Assembly (NCBI GenBank): GCA_964628585.1
Contig: CAZVMH010000002.1
Span: 97,751-161,750 of the forward strand
From: an uncultured Candidatus Saccharibacteria bacterium
GTDB taxonomy: Bacteria > Patescibacteriota > UBA1384 > XYA2-FULL-43-10 > 1-14-0-10-43-13
Direction of reading: 5' to 3'
DNA: 64,000 bases
Shown here in pieces: positions 38,064-49,231 of the stretch; the first letter of the stretch is position 1; each line of letters begins with the position of its first letter. The notes under the pieces are model-generated. The model searched no databases and was not told where the DNA came from. It saw nothing but the letters and a program-made list of their open reading frames with translations. The translations under genes and the position numbers were made by a program.

Positions 38064-39342
38064 AACGGCGTTTTAGTTCTGCAACAAGAGCAGAAGTCGG
38101 AAAAACTTCCTGAGAAGAGGCTTCTAAGTCTCGCAAAATAATCTCGTCCTTAAATGCTTCTCTCTGACCAATCATGATGGCATATTTTGCTCCGAGTTTG
38201 GTTGCCATTCGAATTTGTTGGCGCAAACCTTCGTCTGAGGGAATAAAGAAAACATTAATATCATTATTTGTAAGCTCATCATATATCTTCTTTGAAACGG
38301 CTTTTGCTTTTTCTCCGAGTTGCAAAATACAAACTTCAACTCCTCGTGTTTTTGGAACCTTAATCCCCTGCTCCTGCATTAAAAAAACAACTCGGTCTAC
38401 ACCAATTGAAAATCCTACAGCTGGTACTTCTCCACCACCGAGCAATTTTATTAAACCGTTATATCTTCCACCACCAGCAACGACATTTTGTCTGGTCTTA
38501 TCAGTTTTATCTGCAATTTCAAAAACAGTATTTGTGTAATAGTCTAAACCCCTAACCAATGTTGAATCCAGATCATATTTAATATCAAAATAATCTAGAT
38601 AGCCCAGAGCATTCTGAAAGTAGTCTCGACACTCCTTACAGAGAGAGTCTAGAATTAATGGAGCCGATTTAATAATTTTCTGGCAAGATTCTTCTTTGCA
38701 GTCAAAAATTCTTAGAGGATTTTTTTCATATCTACTCTGACAGTCTGGGCAAAGTGACTTAACTTTCTCTTTAAAGTATTTCTTAAGTTTGGCAGTAAAT
38801 TTTGGTCGACAAGTTGGGCAACCGACTGAATTGGCATAGACTTTAAGGTTTTTAAGTCCAATTCTATTTAAAATTTCCCAAGCCGACATTATGGCCAAGT
38901 AGTCTGATTTAGGACTAGAATCACCAAAAATTTCTACACCAAGTTGATAGAACTCTCGATAGCGTCCTTTTTGGGGTCTTTCTCTTCTAAACATGGCACC
39001 AGAATAATAGAGTCTAACGGGTTGGGGCCAGCTTGCCATTCCATTTTGGATAAAAGCTCGAACTGCGCCCGCAGTACCTTCTGGACGCAAAGCGTATCTA
39101 TTTTGATCATCTTTTTCACTTGAAGCTTCGAGCACAAACATCTCTTTTTGTACTATGTCCGTGCTTTCACCAATTCCTCGGGAAAAGATTTCAACATCCT
39201 CAAAGTGTGGCAAATCTATCTTCTCAAAACCAAGACCATTGAGAGTTTTTTTAGCGACATCGTCAAAAAAAGTCCAAAAAGCTTGATGCCGTGGTAAGAT
39301 GTCTCGTGTTCCGCGAGGTGACTGATAAGATTGTTTTGCCAT
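38029..39342 (-). CDS. hisS: histidine--tRNA ligase
   Basis: Class II aaRS motifs with HisRS N-terminal RGTRDILP. Confidence 0.9.
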   Translation of the reverse strand: MAKQSYQSPRGTRDILPRHQAFWTFFDDVAKKTLNGLGFEKIDLPHFEDVEIFSRGIGESTDIVQKEMFVLEASSEKDDQNRYALRPEGTAGAVRAFIQNGMASWPQPVRLYYSGAMFRRERPQKGRYREFYQLGVEIFGDSSPKSDYLAIMSAWEILNRIGLKNLKVYANSVGCPTCRPKFTAKLKKYFKEKVKSLCPDCQSRYEKNPLRIFDCKEESCQKIIKSAPLILDSLCKECRDYFQNALGYLDYFDIKYDLDSTLVRGLDYYTNTVFEIADKTDKTRQNVVAGGGRYNGLIKLLGGGEVPAVGFSIGVDRVVFLMQEQGIKVPKTRGVEVCILQLGEKAKAVSKKIYDELTNNDINVFFIPSDEGLRQQIRMATKLGAKYAIMIGQREAFKDEIILRDLEASSQEVFPTSALVAELKRRYDKCKCDNEIS

Positions 39343-39465
39343 TTTGTACTCCTACTATTACAAAAATAGTTTACTGATCAAATCGTAGCAACATGAGAGC
39401 CAAAAATCAAGAAGAATCATTAGCAATGATCGGCAGGCAAAGATTTCACGGACAACAATTATTAC

Positions 39466-41325
39466 TTATAACTTAATAAAGCGGAGGGGGTCGCCGGAAC
39501 TTATTTTCTTACAATCTTTTTTATGAATTTTTATAATGTGTGATCGTGTAACATACCCAACTACGGCGTCTTTCTCTTTTGGCTTACAACAACCGGCATA
39601 TGAATGACGGATTCCCTTGAGAGAAGCAATCAATTTTTTACTTTCACCAACAGTCTTTTCTTTCTTATTCTCTTTGATCGTAAAACCAGGATAAAGAGCT
39701 TTTATCAGGCGAATTTTGCTTAAATGCCTTTCCCCGATGGCGGATAGTGCAGAATCGAAGTCATTATATGAAATCTTTGAATTTTGGAGCATTATTTCAA
39801 TTTGTTTTGGGTCGAGTGTTTTTAATCTATGCTTCTGTAATGCTTCTTCAAAAATTGTCTTACCAATTTCTCTGTACTTTTCGATATGTTGTTCGCGAAT
39901 GAAGTGATTAATTTTAGCTCTGGCTCCAGAGGTTTTTACCATTTTGAGCCAGTCTTTTGAGGGTTGACTAGTTTTTGACGTAATAATTTGGACTATGTCT
40001 CCAGACTGAAGAACTGTTTTCAATGGCTCCAATCTTCCGTTTATTTTTACTCCTTTGCAGTGGTTTCCTATATCGGTGTGAATACGATATCCTAAGTCAA
40101 TTGCAGTTGATCCAGACGGCAAGTCTATGATTCGTCCTTTTGGAGTAAAGATAAAAACTTTTTTAGAAAATAATTCTTCTTTAATCGTTTTTATCAATTC
40201 TTTTCCACTTTCGATCTGTTCAATTTTTCTTAATTCTTCAAGCCATTCGTTTTTATTTTTATCGTCATGTCCCTCTTTATATTGCCAGTGAGCGCATGTC
40301 CCATGTTCTGCAATCTGATGCATTTCGTTGGTACGAATTTGAATTTCAAAAACATTTCCATCTGAATCTTTTACTGTAGTATGAATTGATTGATATCCAG
40401 AGGGTTTTGGTCTGGCTATAAAATCAAAAATTCTGCCAGGGAGTGGTTTATACAGAGAGTGAATTATACCCAAAGTTTTGTAACAGTCTTCTAAGGAATC
40501 AACAATAACCCTGAGTGCTACAATATCAAAAATGGTAGAGAGATCCCTAGTTTTCATTTTTAGAAAAAGACTATATAAATGCTTTGATCTTCCAGAAACG
40601 GAAACAGACTTTATTGAAGAACGATCAAGACTTTCTTTAACTTTTGGTATAACTGAATTAATTACCGCTTTCGGATCTTTATAAGCTCTTTTTGCGGACT
40701 TAAGAAATTTTCGATATTCTTTAGGGTAAGCATAAGGGAAAGAAAGATCTTCGAGCATTCCTTTGAGCTCGCCCATACCAAGTCTTTCGGCAATTGGAGC
40801 ATAAATTTCAATTGTTTCTCTGGCATAAAACTCTAGTTTGGAGGGATGAAGATACTTTATCGTTTCAATATTGTGCAACCTATCGTATAATTTTATAACA
40901 ATTACTCGAATGTCTGAAGTAGCCGCCAATAAAAGTTTGCGATAATTATCAACTTGGGCTAAAAAAAGATCATCGTTTGAAAAAAACTCTGGTTTATTAT
41001 TTATTTTTATTGAAGAAATTTTTGTAATACCATCAACAATTTTGGCGACATCTTTATTAAAAACTGTTTCAATTTCTTTCCTTGTTGTATTGGTATCTTC
41101 AATCGTATCGTGGAGAAGAGCTGCGATAATTGAAGTTGAGTCAGAACCATCTTTTGCTAGGTATGAGGCAACAGAAACAGGATGGATAATATATTTCTGA
41201 CCAGATTTTCTTTTTTGACCCTCGTGTTTGCTCTTAGAGAAAAGATAAGCTTCTAAAATTAATTTTTTTTCCTGTTCAGAAAAAGAATCAAGATGTTTTT
41301 TTATTTTTAAAGGCAACGTGGCCAT
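39466..41325 (-). CDS. rel: bifunctional (p)ppGpp synthetase/hydrolase RelA/SpoT homolog
   Basis: HD hydrolase domain AALLHDTIEDT. A RelA/SpoT synthetase domain is followed by a TGS domain. The Cys-rich C-terminus replaces the ACT domain. Confidence 0.85.
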   Translation of the reverse strand: MATLPLKIKKHLDSFSEQEKKLILEAYLFSKSKHEGQKRKSGQKYIIHPVSVASYLAKDGSDSTSIIAALLHDTIEDTNTTRKEIETVFNKDVAKIVDGITKISSIKINNKPEFFSNDDLFLAQVDNYRKLLLAATSDIRVIVIKLYDRLHNIETIKYLHPSKLEFYARETIEIYAPIAERLGMGELKGMLEDLSFPYAYPKEYRKFLKSAKRAYKDPKAVINSVIPKVKESLDRSSIKSVSVSGRSKHLYSLFLKMKTRDLSTIFDIVALRVIVDSLEDCYKTLGIIHSLYKPLPGRIFDFIARPKPSGYQSIHTTVKDSDGNVFEIQIRTNEMHQIAEHGTCAHWQYKEGHDDKNKNEWLEELRKIEQIESGKELIKTIKEELFSKKVFIFTPKGRIIDLPSGSTAIDLGYRIHTDIGNHCKGVKINGRLEPLKTVLQSGDIVQIITSKTSQPSKDWLKMVKTSGARAKINHFIREQHIEKYREIGKTIFEEALQKHRLKTLDPKQIEIMLQNSKISYNDFDSALSAIGERHLSKIRLIKALYPGFTIKENKKEKTVGESKKLIASLKGIRHSYAGCCKPKEKDAVVGYVTRSHIIKIHKKDCKKISSGDPLRFIKL

Positions 41326-41330
41326 AATTA

Positions 41331-43847
41331 TTATTTTTTTATTCTTGTTTTTTTGACGACTATTTTGTCGTTTTTTAGGTCAACCAAAATTTGGTCACTT
41401 TTTACAATTTCTTCGGTTAAAATCATCTCTGAAAGAATGGTTTCGATGTTATCAGAGATTACCTTACGAATTGGTCGGGCACCAAACAAAATATCAAATC
41501 CATTATCAGCAATCCATTTTCTAGCGGTTTTTGAAACCAACAATGTATATTTACCTTTTAGTCTTTCTATTAATTTTTTAAGCTCTAGGTCAACAATTTT
41601 TTGTATCGAGCTTTTATTCAAAGGTTTAAAAACTATTATCTTATCAATTCTATTAATAAACTCTGGCTTAAAATGTTTTTCTACCGTTTCTAAAACATTC
41701 TCCTCCATTTTTTTATAGTCAACAAAGGAATCGTTTCTATCAAAACCAATTGCGGCTTGTTTGCTCAATATATCTGTTCCTAAATTTGAGGTCATAATAA
41801 TAATAGTATTTTTAAAATCAACTTTTCTACCTTTTGTATCAGTTAGTTCTCCATCTTCCATAATTTGGAGCAGAATGTTAAATACTTCAGGGTGAGCCTT
41901 TTCAATTTCATCAAGCAATATCACAGCGTATGGGTTTTTTCTAACAATTTCAGTTAATTTTCCCCCTTCTTCATAACCAACATAACCGGCCGGTGCGCCG
42001 ATTAAACGAGAAACATTGTGGCGTTCCATAAACTCCGACATATCAATTTTAATCAGAGAATTTGTACTTCCCAATATCTCTTTAGCTAAAACTTTGGCCA
42101 ATTCAGTTTTACCTACTCCTGTAGGACCCAAGAAGATAAAAGCACCCATTGGACGATTTGGATTGGCAAGCCCAACTCTGGCTCTTTTAATTGCTTTAGA
42201 GATTTCCTCAACCGCTTCGTCCTGTCCGATAATCTGTTTTCGAATTCGATTTTCAAGTCCCAAAAAACGTTTTTTTTCAGAGAGATCCATATTGGAAACT
42301 GGAATACCGGTCCACTTAGAAACCAAACTTGCGATATCCGAATCTGTAATCGTTGTTTTTTGGTGTGACTTATTTAATGCGTTTATACCTTTAATTTTAT
42401 TTTCTAAGATAATTTCACGATTTCGCAAAAGAGTTGCTTCTTTATAGTCCTCGTTCATTATAAGGTCCTCTTTTCGATGTAATATTTCTCTTAATTCTTT
42501 TCGCAAAGTAGCTAGCTTAATCGCATCTTTAGAGATAAACGAGCCAGCAGCAGCTGCTGCTTCGTCAATTAAGTCAATAGCTTTGTCAGGCAAAAATCTA
42601 TCATTAATATAACGTTTAGACAGAATTGCGGCAGCCAAAATTGCTTCATCTGAGTATTTAATATTATGATGTTTCTCATAGCGATCTTTAATTCCAAAAA
42701 GAATTTTTTCCGTTTCTTCCACAGACGGTTCATTGACCCGAATTGGCTGAAATCTGCGTTCAAAAGCAGGATCTTTCTCAATATATTTTTTATATTCATC
42801 ATGTGTTGTAGCACCAATTAATCTCAACTCTCCTTTAGCAAGCATTGGTTTCAATAAATTGGCGGCGTCAACAGAGCCCTCAGTTGCTCCTGCTCCAACA
42901 ACAGTGTGAATTTCATCAATAAAAAGTATGATGTTGCCTTTTTGCTTAATTTCGGCAATTATTTTTTTAACTCGGCTTTCAAATTGTCCTCTATACATTG
43001 TTCCAGCAATTAAGGAACCCATGTCCAGAAGTAAAAGTTCTTTACCTATAAGTTTAGTTGGAACTCTACCTGCTACGATTCTTCTGGCTAAACCTTCAAC
43101 GATTGCTGATTTGCCAACACCAGGTTCACCAACTAAAATCGGATTATTTTTAGTTCTACGTGAAAGAATTTGAATTAAACGAAGTGTTTCGTCTTCTCTG
43201 CCAATAACCTCGTCTAATTCATTCTTTTCAGCCAATCGATTCATATTGGTTGTAAAGGTAGTTAAAAGAGATTCTTTTTTTGCTTTTGTCCCGAATTGGG
43301 TACCAGACATTGATCCCATCATGCCTAAGGAATCTGGTTCTGGCATTTCGTCGGAAAATTGATTTGAGAAAGGTTCTCCCCCACCTTTATTCTTTTCTAA
43401 GTTTTCTTTAATTGTGCCAAAAACGTATTCAATTTGTGCCGAAATATCTTCAGGCTTAGCATTTAGGGCTATCAATATTTTGTAAGCTTTAAATTTATTA
43501 TTTTTTACTAAGGCCAGAAGCAAGTGTTCACAATCAATAACATAATGACCGTTGGCAGAGGCTATAGAAACAGCGGATTGAATTGCCTCTTTCACTTCCA
43601 AAGAAACATTCTCTGCAACTGACGGAGAAAGCTCTGACTTTATTGAATCAAAATTTAGTCTGATCTTTTCTGGGGTAACTTTAAAACTTAGCAGGATTTC
43701 ATAAGCTAAAGTTCCCTTGGTCATACAAAGGGCTAAAAGCAGATGCTCTGTTTTAGTCTTAGAACTATATTCTCCTGCAATTTTCTCCGATAAAACGAGT
43801 ACATTTTTGAGATTTTGACTAAATTTTTTAAACAATTCTTGATTCAT
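41331..43847 (-). CDS. clpC: Clp ATPase ClpC/ClpB-type chaperone (two AAA+ modules)
   Basis: Clp_N repeats. GEPGVGKS and GPTGVGKT Walker A motifs. Confidence 0.9.
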   Translation of the reverse strand: MNQELFKKFSQNLKNVLVLSEKIAGEYSSKTKTEHLLLALCMTKGTLAYEILLSFKVTPEKIRLNFDSIKSELSPSVAENVSLEVKEAIQSAVSIASANGHYVIDCEHLLLALVKNNKFKAYKILIALNAKPEDISAQIEYVFGTIKENLEKNKGGGEPFSNQFSDEMPEPDSLGMMGSMSGTQFGTKAKKESLLTTFTTNMNRLAEKNELDEVIGREDETLRLIQILSRRTKNNPILVGEPGVGKSAIVEGLARRIVAGRVPTKLIGKELLLLDMGSLIAGTMYRGQFESRVKKIIAEIKQKGNIILFIDEIHTVVGAGATEGSVDAANLLKPMLAKGELRLIGATTHDEYKKYIEKDPAFERRFQPIRVNEPSVEETEKILFGIKDRYEKHHNIKYSDEAILAAAILSKRYINDRFLPDKAIDLIDEAAAAAGSFISKDAIKLATLRKELREILHRKEDLIMNEDYKEATLLRNREIILENKIKGINALNKSHQKTTITDSDIASLVSKWTGIPVSNMDLSEKKRFLGLENRIRKQIIGQDEAVEEISKAIKRARVGLANPNRPMGAFIFLGPTGVGKTELAKVLAKEILGSTNSLIKIDMSEFMERHNVSRLIGAPAGYVGYEEGGKLTEIVRKNPYAVILLDEIEKAHPEVFNILLQIMEDGELTDTKGRKVDFKNTIIIMTSNLGTDILSKQAAIGFDRNDSFVDYKKMEENVLETVEKHFKPEFINRIDKIIVFKPLNKSSIQKIVDLELKKLIERLKGKYTLLVSKTARKWIADNGFDILFGARPIRKVISDNIETILSEMILTEEIVKSDQILVDLKNDKIVVKKTRIKK

Positions 43848-44002
43848 TTGCTAGTTTGTGGTTAGAAGTTATTAGCTTATAGAAAGAGCTGTGTGTAGAA
43901 ACAATTATACACTTATATGTCAAGGGTCTCAAGGGGTGAGTACATCAAAAATATCTAAAGTGTTGGAATTATTTACAAATCAGAAATTTATGATTAGAAT
44001 AT

Positions 44003-45136
44003 TTATTTTGATTTTTTTGAAGCTTTTTTCTTAGTTTTTGGTTTCTCTTCGCCCTCTTCTGCTTCATCCTCATCGTCTTTAGCATTGTCTTCATCTAGCA
44101 TTACATCTATTCCCCACCCGGTTAGCTTTGAAGCGAGACGAACATTTTGGCCACCCTTGCCAATTGCCAAAGAAAGACTGTCCTCTGCTACATAGACAAT
44201 CGCTTTGTTTTCTTTAGAATTTATAACAATTTTTCGAGTTTTTGCTGGTGAAAGTGCGTTCATAATAAATTGCTCTACATCTTCATCCCAAAGAACAATA
44301 TCGATTTTTTCATCTCCAATTTCACCCAAAACTGCCTGCACGCGAGTACCGCGCTGACCTACGCATGAACCAACTGGGTCAATATTATCTTCAGTTGCAA
44401 TAACGGCAATTTTTGTTCTAGAACCAGCTTCTCGAGTTATACTTTTAATTTCAACAGAACCAGTCTGAATTTCTGGAACTTCAAGTTCAAACAATCCTCG
44501 AATTAATTCTTTGTCGCTTCTTGAGACCAAAATTTGTGGGCCACGAACTGTTTCGGCCACCTCTTTAACATAGACTTTCAGTCTTTGACCAATATAATAT
44601 CTTTCTTCACGAATCTGATCGGCTGGATACATAATTCCATTAGCTTTTCCAAGAGCCACAACCACATTTCTACCTTCAAGCTGTTGAACTGTTGCATTAA
44701 CAACATGCTCTTCTTTGTCTTTGAATTCTTTGTAAAGCATTTCTCGTTCTGCTTCACGAATTCGTTGAATAATCACTTGTTTTGCGGTTTGGGCAGCGAT
44801 ACGACCAAAATCGGAGTGTTTTTCAAGTGGAATAAGAATTTCATCTCCTACTTTAGCTTTCTTATCAAATTTTGAGGCTTGATCAAGAGTTAGTTCCTGT
44901 TCAGACTCTTTAACTTCCTCTTCTGACTCGACTACAACATATGACCGAAACATGTCGGCTTCGCCGGTTTCAGGATGAAGTTTAGCCTTCAGAGTTTGTT
45001 TTGGTTTGCCATAATCTTTTCTGTATGCGGCAGCTAGTGCTGCTTCTACAGTTTCTAAAATAACATCTTTATCGAGTCCTTTTTCTTCACAAAGTTCCTC
45101 TATTGCAGACATAAATGGGTTTCTAGTTGTTGCCAT
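44003..45136 (-). CDS. nusA: transcription termination/antitermination factor NusA with K/E-rich tail
   Basis: NusA N-terminal domain, S1 and KH domains. Extended -10 (TGTTATAAT) and AAAGGAG SD upstream. Confidence 0.9.
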   Translation of the reverse strand: MATTRNPFMSAIEELCEEKGLDKDVILETVEAALAAAYRKDYGKPKQTLKAKLHPETGEADMFRSYVVVESEEEVKESEQELTLDQASKFDKKAKVGDEILIPLEKHSDFGRIAAQTAKQVIIQRIREAEREMLYKEFKDKEEHVVNATVQQLEGRNVVVALGKANGIMYPADQIREERYYIGQRLKVYVKEVAETVRGPQILVSRSDKELIRGLFELEVPEIQTGSVEIKSITREAGSRTKIAVIATEDNIDPVGSCVGQRGTRVQAVLGEIGDEKIDIVLWDEDVEQFIMNALSPAKTRKIVINSKENKAIVYVAEDSLSLAIGKGGQNVRLASKLTGWGIDVMLDEDNAKDDEDEAEEGEEKPKTKKKASKKSK

Positions 45137-45209
45137 ATTCTCCTTTGGTTAATTCTACTTTAATTATAACATGATTTTTAAGATATCGATTGAACAAAAT
45201 TTAGTCACT

Positions 45210-45231
45210 GGCCTTTTTTAAAAAAAAGGCC
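45210..45231. terminator. perfect palindrome GGCCTTTTTTAAAAAAAAGGCC at the AT-rich/GC-rich junction
   Basis: Seen directly. It may act as a bidirectional terminator or insulator between the PEP-CTERM gene and the nusA promoter. Confidence 0.5.
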
Positions 45232-45332
45232 AACCTCCATTAAAGGTTACCTTATCTTTTTAGATTGTATATTATCTTTGTTATTTTGTCAACGCCGTTT
45301 ATTCTGTCTTTATTAAAGACCTATACGAGAAG

Positions 45333-45360
45333 TGGCACGCCCCAACTGGGACGTGCCACG
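45333..45360 (-). terminator. GC-rich hairpin downstream of the PEP-CTERM gene
   Basis: gtggcacg-ccccaactggga-cgtgccac. Confidence 0.45.
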
Positions 45361-45363
45361 GCG

Positions 45364-45888
45364 CTATTTGCGCTTGCGAAGAATGGTTGCGGCACCGGTG
45401 ACTGCAAGAACGAAGAAGCTTGAGGGCTCGGGTACCGGTTCGCAGCTTACATCGAATCGGTAGTTCCCGCCAGGCAGGCATATCCATTCGATTGTGCCTG
45501 CCGCAGGGAAGGGCACCTCTGTAATGCTTCCCTGGGGGTCGATGAAGGTGGCACTTAGAGTGTAGCCTTCCTGGCCACTCCACCACATCTGCAAGTTGCA
45601 TTCGGAATCGCATCCGACCAGCTGACCAGTCCAGGTAGACAGGATGCTTTGGTGCCAATCAGCCCAGAGCAATCTCCCGTCCAAACCCTCTAAGACAATG
45701 TCCGCACCATTTTCCGACAGAGTCCCGATTACATCATGTTCGTCGGGTCCGTCTGAAGCGTAACTGGCCACATATCCAGCTACGCCTCGATTTTCCGCGA
45801 AAGCGGGCAACATCATTCCAAACTCGAGCGTGTTTGCACAAGTCGAACTGACAATGCCGAGAAGCAATACGACTGTAAGAAGAAACAT
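45364..45888 (-). CDS. secreted PEP-CTERM-anchored protein (GC-rich, foreign-looking)
   Basis: Signal peptide MFLLTVVLLLGIVSSTCA. C-terminus VPEPSSFFVLAVTGAATILRKRK is VPEP plus TM plus a basic tail. GGAGG SD. GC much higher than flanks. Confidence 0.7.
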   Translation of the reverse strand: MFLLTVVLLLGIVSSTCANTLEFGMMLPAFAENRGVAGYVASYASDGPDEHDVIGTLSENGADIVLEGLDGRLLWADWHQSILSTWTGQLVGCDSECNLQMWWSGQEGYTLSATFIDPQGSITEVPFPAAGTIEWICLPGGNYRFDVSCEPVPEPSSFFVLAVTGAATILRKRK

Positions 45889-46019
45889 TTTCAACTCCTT
45901 CACCTGCTTTCTATGAAGATAGCATATAATATAGCACAAAAATGCAAAAAAGTCAATATCAATTTGCTAAAACCTCATGATAAATATTATAATGTAATCA
46001 TTAATCATCTAGGAGGAAT

Positions 46020-48383
46020 ATGAAAAGAATTTTATATTTACTGTTTTTTTTCTTTTGTTTTTACATAATCCAACTAGCTGTTTTAACACATTCTGACTTG
46101 AATAGCCACAGAAGAGCAAAAGCAAACGAAGCAATAGAAAATGACAATAGCGTAATTGTAAAAATTCCTCCAACAATAAATTCAAAAGAATTCTCAGAGT
46201 ATCTTTCTGGCAATGTAGCCAAAGATAGATACATTGAAATTTCAAACATAATGGAGATGCCTCACTATGAGGCCATTAGCAAATTGCCATTGATTGAGGG
46301 AGCTCTACAATTTAAATACTTTGATTCCACCCTTTTAGAAATACTTCCTGCAAAACAAACAAAAACTAGCAGTGTTTTCGGTGCTGATCCAGCTAACGAA
46401 ATTACTTTTATTATTCCTACGGAAAATGACACGAACTGTCAGCATTCGTCTATTGCATATATGGACTGCTATCCTTGGACGCAAGCGCAAGCCGATATTT
46501 TAGAAAATTCAATTATACAAGCTAAGCCGATTATATTGGAAAAGTTTGGTCCTCCTAGCGCCAACGGATCATATATAATTAAACACGTACCAAGATCTCA
46601 ATATGCCGGTCAAACTGTTACCGGGATTATCTATATTACTGACCCTGCACTTCCAGATTATGAAAGTACAAATTTAGCTCTTCCTGTTTTTTGGCATGAA
46701 TGGGGTCATGCTCATGTCTTGCCATACGCTTATTTTAACCCAGAATGGAACGAATCTTTATCAGCACAAACTTTTTCTCATTTTATATCTTGGGGCATCA
46801 ATTATTCTGGAAATCCAGGTAGCCAACCAATTAATGTTGCGAATTATGAACAATATAATAAATCGTTTTTTGATGCAAAGGCTATAAGTGACTCAGATAA
46901 CAATGCAATGTACCGGTCGACTCCAACTCTTTGGATTAAACTTGAAAAGGAACATCCGGGCACAATTAAAGAACTTTATTCTCGTTCATATGACTCAAGA
47001 TCGAATGGCTTGCCTTTTCAAAACAATGAAGCAATCACGGCTTTAAATGACATAATAGGTCAAAACGAAAACAGTAGAGTCGAAGGGCAACCATTTCTTG
47101 AATGGTTTGCAAAACAATACTCAATTGCTCAAGCCACAGGCAAATATAAATTTGGTGGAAGATTAATTCAAGAGGGAGAGGGTTCTATAGCAACGGCCTC
47201 TTTGTTTGTTAATTATGTTCGATCAAATAATATGCGGCTCGATGTAAGATCTACCAGCGATTCTGGTTATTCTGGAAGCTTTACCTATGAATTATTTCGT
47301 GGCGATGGTACAATGTTCGCTTCTGATCTGTGTCGACCAGGAGATTGCGGAACTGATAGCACTGGAAGATCAAAGATTGATTTAACGCAGATAATAAAAC
47401 AAAATTGGACAACAACACCAATTAGCCAACTCCCAGAAAGCAAAATATGTGCCAGAATACAACTTTATGGCGTTTCCGAAAATTTTCTTACTCCAAATGT
47501 GTCTTGTTATTATTTTCGTGGCGAAAGAACAGACATTACAAATATGGGAATTATTGGAACTGTAGGGCCTGAGAATGAAAATATCTCTGGGCTCGTTACT
47601 ATTTCCCCATTAGGCACACAGTCTGGCATAGAACAATCTGTGACTGTTTCATTAGGGAAGTTTGCAACATCTGGACAAAATAATAGTTATTACAACGAGG
47701 GTGGTCCTTATAGGATTGATTTTTATGACCAAAATGGTTCAATTGTTTCTTCAAAAACAATAACAAAAGATGATAAAGATTATTATTTTACACATCTTGA
47801 CTTAGATGTAGAACCTCCACTTCTTAATAATTTAAACTCATCTGTTTTAGTGAACGGATCTTCAACTTTTAATTTATCAAGCAAAAAACCGGCTGGAATA
47901 ACGTATTACGTTAAAAAAAATAACGGCTACGTTCTCTCAACTAAGACATACGAATTGAATTCATTGTATACTCCTGTTATCAATTCTTTGGTTAGCGGAG
48001 ATAGCTATAACCTGTACATAGAAAATGGGAAAGGAACAGGAGCAATTTTTTCAGAAGACTGGCAATTATTTGGGCAAACAATTCAGGCATATATTACTAA
48101 ATGGGTTGCAAATCAAAAAAATCATGAAATTGAATATAAGATGAGGATAGTAAATTTATCTAGTAGCCCCATCACAGATATCAATGTTCAAGATCCGATT
48201 ATTATTCCTTCTCAATATGTTCCATCTTCGGGTCAATTAAATGGTCTGAGCGTAACCGATTTAGCAGACGACGGCGACGGCTATGCTGTTGTTGACAATA
48301 AACCCACATGGCAATTATTAACATTGCCTGATAATTCTGCACCAGAAAATTTTGCCATACTAGGGCTTAAAGCAGCATATTAG
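46020..48383 (+). CDS. large secreted protein with HExxH (HEWGH) zinc-metallopeptidase-like motif
   Basis: AGGAGG SD. N-terminal hydrophobic anchor. PVFWHEWGHAHV. AT-rich. Confidence 0.55.
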   Translation: MKRILYLLFFFFCFYIIQLAVLTHSDLNSHRRAKANEAIENDNSVIVKIPPTINSKEFSEYLSGNVAKDRYIEISNIMEMPHYEAISKLPLIEGALQFKYFDSTLLEILPAKQTKTSSVFGADPANEITFIIPTENDTNCQHSSIAYMDCYPWTQAQADILENSIIQAKPIILEKFGPPSANGSYIIKHVPRSQYAGQTVTGIIYITDPALPDYESTNLALPVFWHEWGHAHVLPYAYFNPEWNESLSAQTFSHFISWGINYSGNPGSQPINVANYEQYNKSFFDAKAISDSDNNAMYRSTPTLWIKLEKEHPGTIKELYSRSYDSRSNGLPFQNNEAITALNDIIGQNENSRVEGQPFLEWFAKQYSIAQATGKYKFGGRLIQEGEGSIATASLFVNYVRSNNMRLDVRSTSDSGYSGSFTYELFRGDGTMFASDLCRPGDCGTDSTGRSKIDLTQIIKQNWTTTPISQLPESKICARIQLYGVSENFLTPNVSCYYFRGERTDITNMGIIGTVGPENENISGLVTISPLGTQSGIEQSVTVSLGKFATSGQNNSYYNEGGPYRIDFYDQNGSIVSSKTITKDDKDYYFTHLDLDVEPPLLNNLNSSVLVNGSSTFNLSSKKPAGITYYVKKNNGYVLSTKTYELNSLYTPVINSLVSGDSYNLYIENGKGTGAIFSEDWQLFGQTIQAYITKWVANQKNHEIEYKMRIVNLSSSPITDINVQDPIIIPSQYVPSSGQLNGLSVTDLADDGDGYAVVDNKPTWQLLTLPDNSAPENFAILGLKAAY

Positions 48384-48442
48384 ATTAAATATTAGTTTAG
48401 AGATTTCTCCTTATTTGAGTTAAGTGTATTAACCCCGTTTTT

Positions 48443-48811
48443 CTATTTAATACAAAACAATTTGTAAATATTTTTAAAATATATTATTAGCATTATGGTT
48501 AAGACAAAATAAACCAAATGATTAAAACTATAAGCATCGGAAAAATTGCCATGAAGAAGGGCGGAAAATGCGTGTGTTAGTCCACAACTTGGGATATGAC
48601 AGTCGGCAAAAATTCCAGCAGAGGGGCAATTATTATTAAATACTATTGGTAAAATGAAGCGATGCCAAATACAAAGGTCAGGAGCTGTATCCCAAAAAGC
48701 TGTTGGGACAATCCCAATGATTATGAAAATCATACTGAAATTTGCCACAACAGCTCTTGGTGAGCCAAAGCTCAAAAATTCTTTTAAAATTTGACCAATA
48801 TTTTTATGCAA
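48443..48811 (-). CDS. Cys-rich integral membrane protein (possibly DUF2085-like)
   Basis: Multi-TM with conserved cysteines CPSAGIFADCHIPSCG. Confidence 0.4.
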   Translation of the reverse strand: MHKNIGQILKEFLSFGSPRAVVANFSMIFIIIGIVPTAFWDTAPDLCIWHRFILPIVFNNNCPSAGIFADCHIPSCGLTHAFSALLHGNFSDAYSFNHLVYFVLTIMLIIYFKNIYKLFCIK

Positions 48812-48820
48812 ACAAATTAA

Positions 48821-49147
48821 CTACTCTACCCACTCTATACCAGGAAAATCTTTTTTCATTGCAATCAAAATAACATCAATTAGCCACCAAATACCGCAAC
48901 CACCACCAGTGATAAGCTTTAAAATTCCCAATCCTATTTGTCCCATCATAAATCTATCTACTCCAAGCGTACCAAATAAAATTGACAATATTAATGTTAC
49001 GACCCAATTTAACTGTTTCTTTCCACCTGCTGTTGCAGCACTAGCTACTGGAGCGGCAGCAGGAGCCGGAGCTTCAGCGGGTGCTTCAGTTTTTACTTCT
49101 TTTACCTCTTCTGTCTCTTTTATCTCCTTTTTCTCTTCTTCGGCCAT
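48821..49147 (-). CDS. TM2 domain protein with Ala/Pro/Glu-rich N-terminus
   Basis: LGVDRFMMGQIGLGILKLITGGGCGIWWLIDVI matches the TM2 domain pattern. Confidence 0.7.
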   Translation of the reverse strand: MAEEEKKEIKETEEVKEVKTEAPAEAPAPAAAPVASAATAGGKKQLNWVVTLILSILFGTLGVDRFMMGQIGLGILKLITGGGCGIWWLIDVILIAMKKDFPGIEWVE

Positions 49148-49231
49148 TTGTCTCCTTGTTTAATAAATTTATCCAATCCAATTATATCAAAAATATTATT
49201 TCTTATTCAAATTCATGATACAATTATATGT

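Noticed and set aside
39343-39465. T-box leader upstream of hisS
   Set aside because: The 123-bp gap is too short, and no T-box specifier or antiterminator sequence (AGGGUGGNACCGCG) is visible.
43848-44002. CtsR operator upstream of clpC (tgtcaagggtctcaagg)
   Set aside because: It only loosely resembles the RGTCAAA-NAN-RGTCAAA heptad repeat, and the second repeat has an extra TC. It was not called.
45299-45658. 119-aa minus-strand ORF overlapping the PEP-CTERM gene in another frame
   Set aside because: It is an alternative-frame artefact of the GC-rich region. The in-frame PEP-CTERM ORF has the signal peptide, the SD and the sorting signal.
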